From Octopus vulgaris (lineage: Eukaryota): a stretch of 64,000 nt of DNA. Positions 11,826 to 23,815 of the stretch are shown here, piece by piece. Each line of letters begins with the position of its first letter. Position 1 is the stretch's first letter. The position numbers and the translations under genes are program-made. The notes below the pieces were generated by a model that worked only from the letters and a program-made list of their open reading frames with translations, did no database searches and was not told the DNA's origin. The DNA is taken from contig OX597831.1 in the NCBI GenBank assembly GCA_951406725.2, positions 68,696,001-68,760,000 of the forward strand, in the 5' to 3' direction.

Positions 11826-12268
11826 TCATCATCATCATCATCGTTTAACGTCCGTTTTCCGCGCTAGCACAGGTTGGACAGTTCAACCGGGGTCTGGGAA
11901 GCCAAGGGCTGCTCCAGGCTCCAGTCTGATCTGGCAGAGTTTCTACGGCTGGATGCCCTTCCTAACGCCAACCACTCCACGAGTGTAGTGGGTGCTTTTT
12001 ACGTGCCACCTGCACAGGTGCCAGGGGGGGGTCCAGCATCGGTCACGATCGGTTGGAGCTTTTAACGTGCCAGCGACACGGAAGCCAGCCAAGTCGGCGC
12101 TGGCAATGTTCGGATGGTCTTTTTATGTGCCACCGGCACAGGAGCCAGTCGGGGCGGCGCTGGCATCGGCCACGTTCGGATAGTGCTTTTTATGTGCCAC
12201 CGGCACACAGGAGCCAGTTGGGGCGGCGCTGGCATTGGCCACGTTCAGATGGTGCTTTTTATGTGCCT
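11823..12268 (-). mobile_element. SINE-like family D: (GAT)n tail, ggcgttaggaagggcatcc domain, ~60-bp internal tandem units
   Basis: Shared with 26360, 28785, 36288, 50440, 59001; unit motif gtgccaccggcac seen 5 times. Confidence 0.85.
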
Positions 12269-13249
12269 TTGAATGAGTGGGCTTTGTTAGGTGGTTTGGT
12301 GATGTCATGACAGTTCTACATCAGGGCTTTTTGAAATTGTATGATGTTGATGTTTTTGCTTCCTATATCATAGCATTTACTGCATATTCTGCTATCCTAC
12401 GGTAGGTCACCGTAGCTCTGATGGGCAGCAATGAATTATAGTGTACAAATTAGTCCCTCTACTTTATCTGCCTTCAAGCTCTTGTTCCCTTTCCCCACAT
12501 CCTGAAACTCTCTTATCACTCTGTTTCCTGGATCACTTTGCCTTTTGTCATCACTCCATCCTCTTGGTTACATTGGATTCAATATACATATTTCAGAATA
12601 CTGTGTACTCTTATCAATTATCACCCAATCACACAACCCTCTTACTGTGTCTCACTCTGTAAACAGGTTGGTGAACAAGCAGAGACATAGCCTTTAGTCG
12701 TGTCAAGGAGATGGCTACCAAAACAAATAAAAAGAAAAGTGCAAACCTAATACATGCCATTAAATGTAAGATTGTGAGGACATGACAACTCTCTAGGGCT
12801 GATGACATGAGCAAAAACATGCCATATACTCTGTAAAGTGGTTCATATTAAGAAGGGCGTCAATCCATATAAATCTTGTAAAAAATGTAATACAAGTGAG
12901 ATGCAGTTCTTCTGATTCATCTTTAAGAAGAGCACACCAAGTATTGAAAATGACAACTTGCTCAACTCATACCAGTATGGAAAGGAGATGTAAAAGAATG
13001 ATGCTAATAATGGTATGTGTGTGCATACTTGTGTGCTTGTGTGAGTGATTTCACATCGACCTCTCTGGTATGCCTTGCTCTATGCTTTCACATGCAAAAA
13101 ACCATTATTAGCATGAAATACCATCAAAGGTTGGAATGAGGAAGAGCATTTAACCATAAATATAGCTTCAAGAACTCTTACAAAAATGATGGTGGTAATG
13201 ATGGTGGTGGTAATGGAGGTGGTGACAATGATGATGATAAATGTACGTA

Positions 13250-13344
13250 CACACACAGAGGCACAGACACACACACAGGCACACACACAGACACACACAC
13301 ACAGAGGCACATGCACACACAGGCGCATGTACACACACACAGAG

Positions 13345-13380
<36 letters not shown>

Positions 13381-13390
13381 GCACATACAC
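13250..13390. repeat. (CA)n-rich microsatellite
   Basis: Direct inspection. Confidence 0.9.
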
Positions 13391-14058
13391 AGAAGCACTT
13401 GCCTTTTGCTCTAAGAAATATGCATATATCCAATGTCTGGTTATGACTTTATATGCATAAACATGCATTTATTCATATGTATTTGTTGCAAAGCATGTAT
13501 ATAATCTATATATTTGTTATGAAGTTTATGCGCGAAATTCAATACCACTGAAAATATTAGTTATGTGGACTTGTCTCATGGAGACAGTCGATTTGCCAGA
13601 TCTCTTCTAAATAAGTCACATCCTATGTTAACAGCAAAATAACAATATTTCAATACTTTGTTTGATAATTAATCAAATTTGCTATTTCAGTGGCAACAGT
13701 TGTTTTTATTGTTTCATGCGTACTTTGTCGATTCCATTAACTTATCTTTCTCAGATATTCAACTAAACGAACAAGAAATGCAATATTTACCTCTTTCTTA
13801 TCTACTGTCTCCATCTCTCTCACACTAGTTGTATCTATTTGTCTGCCTAATTGGTTAACACACACACACATACACAAATATAGTCCAACGTTAACGAAAA
13901 ATGCGCTCAATACATATAAGTAGTATGTATTTTCAGTATGGGAATTATTTTCCCAAAGAACATGCCGATAATATCTACAAAGCTTTTCCAGTAGTCAAAC
14001 TGTTGCACAAAGCCAACCACTACAGAAACTATATTTCTGCCTATTTAGACTCCCACCT

Positions 14059-14060
<2 letters not shown>

Positions 14061-14096
<36 letters not shown>

Positions 14097-14100
14097 GTTA

Positions 14101-14189
<89 letters not shown>
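14061..14189. repeat. (TTA)n microsatellite
   Basis: Direct inspection. Confidence 0.95.
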
Positions 14190-14192
<3 letters not shown>

Positions 14193-14548
14193 TAGTTTTA
14201 TTTTTATAGCGTGCTTTCACTTCACTACCGAGCGCAGTTCTGTGTGCCTTGGGTATGTGCTGTGATTTGTTGTGATGCTCTGATGGTTATTGTATTGAAA
14301 GTGTTCTGCGTAGGATGTGTGCAGTGTCCAGTAGTGCAATTTTCTGTATGTTATATGTGTTTGTAAGTCCTGGTGTTTTTGTTATGTATTTGTCTGAATA
14401 TTTTTTTATCATGCCTAATGCACCTACTATGATAGGAATTGTTTTTGTTTTTAGATTCCACATTCGAGTTACCTCTATTTCCAGGTCTTTGTATTTTGAA
14501 AGTTTCTCCATTTCTTTTAGAGACACGTTGTCATCTGCTGGTATTGAT
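14190..14548 (-). mobile_element. 5'-truncated R4/Dong-like non-LTR retrotransposon (restriction-like endonuclease C-terminus + 3'UTR) in (TAA)n
   Basis: SIPADDNVSLKEMEKLSKYKDLEIEVTRMW...IPIIVGALG...IQKIALLDTAHILRRTL*; (TTA)n on both flanks. Confidence 0.85.
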
Positions 14549-14865
14549 TTATTATTATTATTATATAACTGTTCAATATTTGGTAGACTGAGGCAAATTT
14601 CTACGGCATCATCAGCTACACCTCTTTGTTTCTGCGATCTGTACAGTATTGTGTTTTCTTTTCTACTGTTGGGAGTGTGCAAACACTTCCCGGTACTGTA
14701 CTGTGTAAGTTTCTTTTCTCTCTTGACGTATGGTGCAGTCTTTCGTTGTGTTACTGCTTGTATTGTGTGTTGTGTGTGTAATGCTTTGGTTTCCTAGCTT
14801 GCTGCTGGAAGTTTATTTCACTAGATAAATGCTGTACAGAGTGTGTCTTGTATTTGTAGGTTATT

Positions 14866-15275
14866 TTACTTACTCTTTTTACTCTTTTACTCATTTTTAC
14901 TCATTTGACTGTGGCCATGCTGGAGCACCGCCTTTAATCAAGCAACTCAACCCCGGGACTTATTCTTTTGTAAACCCAGTACTTATTCTGCCGGTCTCTT
15001 TTGCCGAACCGCTAAGTAACGGGGACATAAACACACCAGCATTGGTTGTCAAGCAATGCTAGGGGGACAAACACAGACACACAAACACACACACGCATAT
15101 ATATATATACATATATACGATGAGCTTCTTTTAGTTTCCGTCTACCAAATCCACTCACAAGGCTTTGGTCAGCCCGAGGCTATAGTAGAAGACACTTGCT
15201 CAAGGTGCCACGCAGTGGGACTGAACCCGGAACCATGTGGTTGGTAAACAAGCTACTTACCACACAGCCACTCCT
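14866..15275 (-). mobile_element. SINE family A
   Basis: Full-length reverse copy. Confidence 0.9.
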
Positions 15276-15458
15276 GTGTCTTAGTTTGTGTTATTGGATG
15301 GATAGTTTGTGTTATTGGATGGATGTTCCTAGTAGGGCTGTTTTTTGGACAGTATGTAGTGTTGAGGATCAAGGTATAGATTCTACGTTTTTGCTCATAA
15401 GTTTTTTATCATGCCCAATGCTCCAATTATTATTGATATTGTTTTAACTTTCATGCCC

Positions 15459-15466
15459 CATAATCA

Positions 15467-15554
<88 letters not shown>

Positions 15555-15567
15555 CATCATTATTGTT
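15459..15567. repeat. (ATT)n microsatellite
   Basis: Direct inspection. Confidence 0.95.
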
Positions 15568-16190
15568 ATCCATACTAGAAGCATTGCATGTCTTCTCATT
15601 TTAAAGTCTAACCTTTTAATTTGTGACCCCAAAAGTCATTAATTTTTTATTTTCTTACAAAATGCTTGTTAAAACCACAACCATTGCACAGGTTTGACTT
15701 GTTTCTTTATTCGTTTGTGCCCCTGTAAAGGCACAATTTTGAAAAGTAAATTTTCATTTCACTTTGGAAAAAATAAGTTTAAAGGCAGACATTGTGATGA
15801 AAGCCTTATTTAAATACATAAAAGAGGAAGTAAGAGGTAGCTTTGACAGTGAGTTACAAGACACCTCAAACGCCTCCACTCTTCTATCCTCAAATGGAAG
15901 TGTAAGTGTTCTCTCACCATGTTCAAAGTACAGTGAACCACACTTCCATTATGACAACAAACAGCTGCAACAACAACAGTAATGACAACACAGCAGGGGA
16001 ATTTAGTTCCAATTATGAAACTAAATTCTCCACAATAAATGTGACAATACCAAAGACATCAACTAACAGAGTCAACACTAAGACAACGAGCACCACCACC
16101 ACCATCATCATTGCAGCAACAAAAATTAGGAAAGAAACAAGAACAACAGTAGCGTTGACAAGTTAAATGGCAACAATATTTCCATTGTGA

Positions 16191-16572
16191 AAGGCAGGGA
16201 GCTGGTAGAAACGTTCGCACACCGGGCGAAATGCTTAGCGTCTGCCACTATGTTCTGAGTTCTCGGTTGACTTTACCTTTCATCCTTTTGGAGTCGATTA
16301 AATAAGTACCAGTTACACACTGGGGTCGATATAATCAACTTAATCTGTTTGTTTGTCCTTGTTTTATCTCTCTGTGTTTAGCCCTTTGTGGGTAGTAAAG
16401 AAATAGGTATTTCGTCTGTCTTTACATTCTGAGTTCAAATTCTGCTGAGGTCGACTTTGTCGTTCATCCTTTCGGGGTTGATAAATTAAGTGCCAGTTGC
16501 GTACTGGGGTCGATCTAATTGGCTGGCCCCCTTCCCCCAAAATATCAGGCCTTGTGCCTAGAGTAGAAAAGA
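16191..16572 (+). mobile_element. SINE family B, two tandem/nested copies with different tails
   Basis: ctgagttcaaat B box and tcatcctt core occur twice. Confidence 0.8.
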
Positions 16573-16769
16573 ATATTTCCATTGTGAATAACAACAACAA
16601 TGCATTGCAGCAATGGCCATGAAAAGCACAGAACTATATAAGATGGGTGTCCATCAGAAGGATATATGTCTGGCCTAAGCTTCCAAACTGATAAGGCTGA
16701 AAAATCATGGGGTGGATAGATATATAGATAGATACACACAGACATAAACATATATATATATATATACCA

Positions 16770-16810
<41 letters not shown>

Positions 16811-16833
16811 CCATACGTCAAGAGAGAAAAGAA

Positions 16834-17165
16834 ACTTAGCGGTTCGGCAAAAGTGACCGATGAATAAGTACTGGGCTTACAAAGAATAAGTCCCGGGGTC
16901 AATTTGCTCGACTAAAGGCGGTGCTCCAGCATGGCCGCAGTCAAATGACTGAAACAAGTAGAAGAGTAAAAGAGTAAAAGAGATATGTGTGTCTTTGTGT
17001 CTCTGCTTGTCTCCTCATTGTCACTTGACAACTGGTGTGTTTATGTCCCCATAACTTAGTGGTTCAGCAAAAATGACTGATAAAATAAGTACTAGGTTTA
17101 AGAATTAAATCTTGGAATTGATTTGTTCGACTAAAAACCCTTCAAGGCAGTCCTCCAGCATGAAC
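16834..17165 (+). mobile_element. Two 3' fragments of SINE family A
   Basis: acttagcggttcggcaaaag...gactgaaacaag tail, then an older copy. Confidence 0.8.
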
Positions 17166-18119
17166 CACCCATTGGCTATTGATACATTTACTCAAGTTTT
17201 CATTTAAATCTCTCTCTCTCTCTCTCTGTATATATATATATTACGAAGTAAAAGCGATCAATAAATCTAGGCAGATATCTATAAATCACTGAGTGTTAAA
17301 TGAATTTGGTTAACTATATCAAATAATCAGACACCAATAAATGCAAGTTGAATTAATAGCCAAGGTAATTCTTCAAATATGACAAGTAAATCTAAATATT
17401 ATTTAAGAGACAAGAGCAAGAATAGAGAAGGTCACACCTCTAATTGGTGATTAAACCATAGATTACTAACGACTGTTTCTGCTGTCTAGCATATTTGGAC
17501 ACAGGAAAAAGTTATAAAATATCAGTCACATTAATATAGCTGAAAATATATGCTAACAGAATGTTACCAAGGCAATCCAAAACTGGATTAAATTCAAAGG
17601 GAACTATAATTAGCCATAGCTTTATGATCAAGATGTCTGTGCCCAACTATGGGGATTTAGGTTCAATCCAACTGTGTAGTATCTTGGGATTGTGTCTACT
17701 ATTAAAAAAGATGATACATACATGCATACATAAATACATACACATTCACTTTGCAAATAAATATATATTCATACATATTCATACATAATTTAATCATTTA
17801 TTCATATTTCATACTCTATAGTACATGCTTTCATATTTTCATTTTATACTTGTTTATATTTCTTATTGTTCATAAAGAATTAGGGTTATATTGCATCACT
17901 AATATCTTATTTTTGTTCATTCTTAATTCGTAGTTTTGGTTTTTATTTTTTAATATGTTTAGAAAATTATTTTCAAAATTCTCTTAAACTTTATATCTTT
18001 TAATTTTTAATTCGTCCCTTAATTTCTAACTTCTTCACATTATTGCATTTTCATCATTGGTACCTCAACATCAAACCTTGGCATTGATCTTTTATAACTT
18101 TTCAACTTCTCACTACACA

Positions 18120-18267
18120 TTATTTACATTATTTACAATTGACGGATAATTGTCCTCATCTTGTTTGTTGTTAATACAATGTTTCGGCTGATATACCATC
18201 CAGCCTTCATCAGGCATCTTGGGGAAATTTCGAACCTGGGTTCTCATTCCTAAGGTGTTTTTCAATG

Positions 18268-18313
<46 letters not shown>

Positions 18314-18541
18314 TATTCAGGTCACTGCTTGGAATCGAACTCAGAATCTTGGGGTTAGTAGCCCCAAGATCGAAGAACACCTTAAGAATGAGAACCCAGG
18401 TTCGAAATTTCCTCAAGACACCTGATGAAGGCTGGTGGGTATATCAGCCGAAACGTTGTGTTAACAATAAACATGATGAGGACAAATATCCATCAATTGT
18501 AAATAATGTACATAATTCCTCATCTCCTAAATATGGAACTG
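18120..18541. mobile_element. Inverted pair of the tRNA-head/(AAT)n/HHR Penelope terminal-repeat unit, without ORF
   Basis: Minus copy ~18120-18363 and plus copy ~18369-18541, both matching 33616-33872. Confidence 0.88.
18417..18462 (+). ncRNA. Minimal type I hammerhead ribozyme (canonical core, Penelope type)
   Basis: gacac-CTGATGA-a-ggctg...cagcc-GAAAC-GTT-gtgtt; palindromic AACGTT stem III; decayed copies at 18173-18218 (-) and 33748-33792 (+). Confidence 0.85.
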
Positions 18542-19080
18542 TATTCTCACTACACCTCTTCCACTTTATTTTCCATTTCTTACTTATTACACTCTATCTC
18601 TTTTGGAGTAGAACTGTGTTCTTCTACAGCCCAGGGTTGGCTTTTCCCATATTTTTCTGTCAGAATGCGTTTTCAGCCCAGTGCTCGCATACTTTTCCTT
18701 GGGCTCTCTGTGTTCCTCAGGAGTTAGTCTAAGATGTAATTCTCCCAAGGTCACTTGCAGATTTATAATACATATAATGCTGGCAATACTCTATACTTTA
18801 TTTCATTTTACTTTACTTTATCCTGAATTCTGCTACCCCTTATGTAGAATGTTCTTTTTATTCTTGAATGAGAGTAAACAGCTTCAATTTATTCCTATTG
18901 TATCTATACCTCTACAATTCAGGAATTTCTAATATCTACCTCTGTAACTAACTAGCTATGTATTAAGCATTTATTCTCTACTTCTCTTATTTTAATCCTT
19001 ATTCCTGCTGTTCTCTTTACAGTGATTACTAATATCTTTAGAACTAGTTAAGTATTAACCATTTACGCTATATCTTTAAT

Positions 19081-19395
19081 GTTGTGTCTGGGGAGAGTCA
19101 TTCTCTTTTAGTGTCTTATTATTTAACACACTCACCAGTAAAATTTCCACTTAATACTTATTTTTATTTTTTTTAATTTTCGTTGCGTGTTGCAACCTTT
19201 TCAAGAGTCAAGACTATTGAAAAGGTTGCAAGACACAACGAAAATTTTAGAAAATAAAAGTAAGAAATAAGTGGAAATTTTACCGGTGAGTGTGTTACAT
19301 TATAAGGCACAAAAAGAAAATGACTCTCCCCAGATACAACAGAATATGCTTCAACAGACGAACTCATATAAAGAATCTTGCAAACCAAAATCCCA
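19081..19395 (+). mobile_element. Fold-back PLE-type short element (family FB2), ~124-bp arms, 12-nt loop
   Basis: Arms 19081-19204 and 19217-19340; 3' extension resembles the FB1 3' end. Confidence 0.8.
19214..19250 (+). ncRNA. Candidate minimal hammerhead, U3-A8 covariant core
   Basis: cta-TTGAAAA-g-gttg(caagaca)caac-GAAA-at-TT-tag; palindromic AAATTT. Confidence 0.45.
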
Positions 19396-19829
19396 AAACG
19401 AAATATATTTTTAATACTTTACTCCTAATTTCTACAGTTCTTTCTTGGTCTTATACAAGTGTTCCTAGACCTATTTTAATTTTAATTTACTCTATTTCTG
19501 CTCAACACTAACATATTGCATAAATAAATAGTTTTATACCACACTTTAGTTTCTTCCTTTATTTTAGGTTTTTATTTTAGCTTCTTGAACCCCACCCCTA
19601 CTCCACTTAACTGTATTTCTTTTATGCCTAGGCATGTCACGTTTTAGGGTCTCCAGGAATAGTTCTGGTTAGTTTCATTACCACACCTCACACTTTTCTT
19701 ATGTAGTTTATTGCCTGTGTTCGTCCTACATCTTCCCCTACCACCTATATAATGCTACCTTACTTTAGTCATCATCATCATCATCAATATTGTTTGTGTT
19801 CCAACTTCTTCTTCTGCAATGGGTACCAC

Positions 19830-19886
19830 TTTGTTGTTGTTGTTGTTGTTGTTATTATCATTATTATTGTTATTATTATTATTATA

Positions 19887-19935
<49 letters not shown>
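19830..19935. repeat. (TTG)n/(TTA)n microsatellite
   Basis: Direct inspection. Confidence 0.9.
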
Positions 19936-19936
<1 letters not shown>

Positions 19937-19954
19937 TTTCAAACTCTGCTGTGG

Positions 19955-20322
19955 TTGACTGTGCCTTTCATCCTTTCAGGGTTGATAAAATAAGTACCAG
20001 TTGAATACTAGGGTTGATGTGATCACCTAGCCCCCTCCTCCAAATTTCAGGCCTTGTGCCTATAGCAGAAAGAATTACTATTATTATTATTATTATTGTT
20101 ATTATTATTAAGGTGGTAAGCTGGCAAAATTGTTAGCACCCCAGGTAAAATGCTTATTGGCATTTCCTCTGTCTTTACATTCTGAGTTCAAATTCTGCCA
20201 AGGTCGACTTTCATCCTTTCAGGGGTTGATGAAATCAGTACCAGTGGAGCACTGGGGTCGATGTAATCGACTATCCCCCTTCTTCCCCAAATTTAAGGCT
20301 TTGTGCCTATAGTAGAAAGGAT
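19955..20322 (+). mobile_element. SINE family B, partial plus near-full copy
   Basis: ctttcatcctttcaggg core twice; ggtggtaagctggcaaaattgttagcac head at ~20111. Confidence 0.8.
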
Positions 20323-20374
20323 TATTATTTCTATTTTAATTTTTAATATTATTTTATTTTAATATTATTGTGTT

Positions 20375-20438
20375 TACTACAACTACTACTACTACTACAG
20401 AAGAAAATAAGATATTAGTAATACTACTGCTGCTGCTG

Positions 20439-20497
<59 letters not shown>

Positions 20498-20504
20498 ACT
20501 ACTA

Positions 20505-20548
<44 letters not shown>

Positions 20549-20590
20549 ACTACTACTACTACTTGTAGTAGCAGCAGTAGTAGTATTACT
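20375..20590. repeat. (CTA)n/(CTG)n compound microsatellite
   Basis: Direct inspection; source of the poly-Leu ORF. Confidence 0.95.
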
Positions 20591-20864
20591 AATATTTTCT
20601 TATTTTCTTCTTTAATACTGTTGTGGTTGTTGTTATTGTTTTTACTATGACCCTTCCTTTTTCTCTTTGTTATTTTCTTTATTTCATCATTAGATATTTA
20701 TGGTTCTAAACCAAAATTACTATTCACATATCCATCATAATTCCATACTGGCAATTGTGGGACCATTTGTTATTGTCCACAATGTTTCTCTTTCTTTCTT
20801 TTCTCCTTCTTCTTCCTTTCTTCTTCTACTTCTTGTTTTTGTCCTCCTCCATATTCTTCATATG

Positions 20865-21243
20865 TGGAGGTGCAATGGCCCAGTGGTTAGGGCAGCGGAT
20901 TCACGGTCATAGGATCGCGGTTTCGATTCCCAGACCGGGTGTTGTGAGCGAAAACACCTAAAAGCTCCACGAGGCTCCAGCAGGGGATGGTGGTGATCCC
21001 TGCTGTACTCTTTCACCACAACTTTCTCTCACTCTTACTTCCTGTTTCTGTTGTACCTGTATTTCAAGGGGCCGGCCTTGTCACTCTCTGTGTCGCGCTG
21101 AATATCCTCGAGAACTACATTAAGGGTGCACGTGTCTGTGGAGTGCTCAGCCACTTACACGTTAATTTCACGAGCAGGCTGTTCCGTTGATTCGGATCAA
21201 CCGGAACCCTCATCGTCGTAACCGACGGAGTGCTTCCATTCCA
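20865..21243 (+). mobile_element. SINE family C (tRNA-Arg-like head)
   Basis: tggcccagtggttagggcagcgga..gtttcgattcc head; highly similar to 43414 and 63359; tail gacggagtgcttccat. Confidence 0.9.
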
Positions 21244-21464
21244 TTCTTCATATTTTTCTTCTTCTCTCATCTTCTTTATCTACTTTGGCATTGACACTTC
21301 ATTTGCCCTGTCCATACTTTCACAGTCAATTTACATTTTCATCTTTATTTGCTTTCGTTCCTTTCTGATATAAAGAAAACACAAAGTCTGGCAGATGCGC
21401 AATATAAGAGCATACCTTTGTTGCAGGTCTGAGGCAGTGTCATTCTAATATTTAAAACTGCAAA

Positions 21465-21859
21465 TCTTTATATATAAAAGAGAGGTTGTGTGCTGTCTGT
21501 CTCCTACGATTTAGATTCCTAACTACTCCCACATTTTGCGGTGCAGTTTAACCAAAACCGGGTATCTTATAGTCATGATTCATATCGAGCCCTTCTGGGT
21601 ATTAGCGCACGTCTACGATGAGTCTACGATTTAAAAAAAAATTTACCATCAATTTTTCCGATTTTTAATGCATTTTTGGCATATATAAGGGAAGTAACTC
21701 TCTAAAAATGTATTATTAAATCTCAGAACGTAAAAAGCTACAGTAACCCCCCCCTTTGTGGTTAGCCATATTGAGATGGCTATTATACTTTACATCTCTA
21801 AAAATGCTTATATAGTTATTTCCCTTACAAACCCAAGCAACGCCGGGCAATACTGCTAG
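21465..21859 (+). mobile_element. Non-autonomous Helitron
   Basis: A|TCtttatatataaaa 5' end, GC-rich subterminal hairpin cccaagcaacgccggg, CTAG|T 3' end, no TSD. Confidence 0.85.
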
Positions 21860-22029
21860 TATTACATAAAATATTCACATGGAACTTTTGTGTGAACTGG
21901 TGTTGAAAGCAGAGCTGGTACAGAAACAATTATAGCTGATCCTTAAAGATGAGTCTTTCTTTGTCTTCTTATTTGGATTCTGTGTGAAAATGTGTGGTTT
22001 GGGTATTTGGCTTATGATAGTTAGCAGTG

Positions 22030-22260
22030 TGTTGTGTCCTTGAGCAAGATACTTTATTTCATGTTGCTCCAGTCCACTCAGCTAGTAAAAATGAGTTGTA
22101 CCTGTAATTCACAAGGGCCACACTGTATCACACCGAATCTCCCTGGGAACTACGTCAAGGTTACTCATGTCTGTGGAGTACTCAGCCACTTGCGCATTAA
22201 TTTCACAAGCAGGCTGTTCCATTGATCAGATCAACTGGAACCCTCGTCATAACCAGCAGA
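22030..22260 (+). mobile_element. Older SINE sharing the family C 3' body but with a ccttgagcaagatactt central domain
   Basis: gaactacgtcaagg...tctgtggagtactcagccactt matches the family C tail. Confidence 0.65.
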
Positions 22261-22269
22261 ATGTCAGTT

Positions 22270-22480
22270 TACACACATACACACACGCACACAAACACAC
22301 ACACACACACACATTCACACACACACACACACGCACGTGCACACACACACACACACAGACACGCACACACACACGCGCACACACACATGCACACACACAG
22401 ACACACACACACACAAAGATGCACACACACACACACAAAGATGCACACACACACACACACACACACACTCGTGCATGCAC
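22270..22480. repeat. (CA)n microsatellite
   Basis: Direct inspection. Confidence 0.95.
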
Positions 22481-23049
22481 ATAATGTGTGTGTTTGTGTA
22501 TTAGTTATCAGAAACTAGTTACTATTGCCTATTGCCTGCTGAATCAAAATATTTTGGTAGTTGTGTGTATAAATTGTTCAAAAAACTTTCTGCAAAGTAG
22601 TAATCTTGATTTAGCTTGTAGATTGTTCATAAAATTGGAGACTAATATCGGTCAGTGTTGATGATTTCCAATGAAATCTAGTTATTGCAACCAATATACC
22701 CACAACGGATTACTTCTCGAGTCTTTACGCTGAAATTCTCTATTTCCTTTGTGGCATTTCCAATAATTTGTTTTGTTGTTACTAAGAATTTCTTTCAAGC
22801 CATTTTCTATTTTAATTTAAAACTGGGGCTTTTGTTAACAATTAGTATAAAGGAAAGAAATATTAAAGCTTTTTCCTACTCTTACTTCTCAAAATATATT
22901 TGCAAAAAACAAAACAAAACAAAAACAAAACAAGCAAAAACAAAGCTAAAACATGACATACTCTCTGCTTGGTTGATTTGCATTCATTCTTGACAATAAA
23001 ATGTTTCTTTACACCTCAGTGTTTTTATAAGAATATATTCTTTTTCTTT

Positions 23050-23470
23050 CTTTTCTTTCTTTTACTTGTTTCAGTCATTTGACTGCGGCCATGCTGGAGC
23101 ACCGCCTTTAATCGAGCAAATCAACCCCGGGACTTATTCTTTGTAAGCCCAGTACTTATTCTTTCGGTCTCTTTTGCCGAACCGCTAAGTGACGGGGACT
23201 TAAACACACCAGCATCGGTTGTCAAGCAATGCTAGGGGGACAAACGCAGACATACACATGCACACAAACACACACACACATATATATATATATATACATA
23301 TATACAACAGGCTTCTTTCAGTTTCCGTCTACCAAATCCACTTACAAGGCATTGGTCGGCCCAGGGCTATAGCAGAAGACACTTGCCCAAGATGCCATGC
23401 AGTGGAACTGAACCCGGAACTATGTGGTTGGTTAGCAAGCTACTTACCACACAGCCACTCCTGCGCCTAT
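23050..23470 (-). mobile_element. SINE family A
   Basis: Full-length reverse copy. Confidence 0.9.
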
Positions 23471-23525
23471 ATTGGATGCATATTGGATCTACATAAGAGA
23501 GTAATATGCAAAATGGGAGTTTTCT

Positions 23526-23815
23526 GGAGGCACATGGCTTAGTGGTTAGAGCAGCGGACTTGCGGTCGAGGGATCGTGGGTTCGAATCCCAGACCAGACG
23601 ATGTGTGTGTTTATGAGCGAAACACCTAAGCTCCACGCAGCTCTGGCAGAAAGTAATGGCAAAACTTCTGCTTACTCTTCCGCCACAACTTTCTCTCACT
23701 CTTTCCTCCTGCATCTTGCAGCTCACCTGCGACGGACCGGCATCCCGTCCATGTGGGGAACCTATACGCTGGGAAACTGGCCCTTATGAGCCAGGCATGG
23801 CTCGAGAAGGAACAA
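23526..23815 (+). mobile_element. SINE with family C-type head and a different 3' body
   Basis: tggcttagtggttagagcagcggacttgcggtcg...gggttcgaatccc; diverges after actttctctcactc. Confidence 0.8.

Noticed and set aside
11990-12268. CRISPR-like array of palindromic repeats
   Set aside because: The 'spacers' are homologous to each other, the array is part of a dispersed repeat with a (GAT)n tail, there are no cas genes, and the context is eukaryotic.
14595-14640. CTGATGA...GAAA on the minus strand
   Set aside because: No credible stem II or stem I; may be a decayed PLE end but is unsupported.
15850-15901. Possible plus-strand 52-bp exon (gacag|...|gtaagt)
   Set aside because: Weak polypyrimidine tract, no recognisable peptide and no partner exons.
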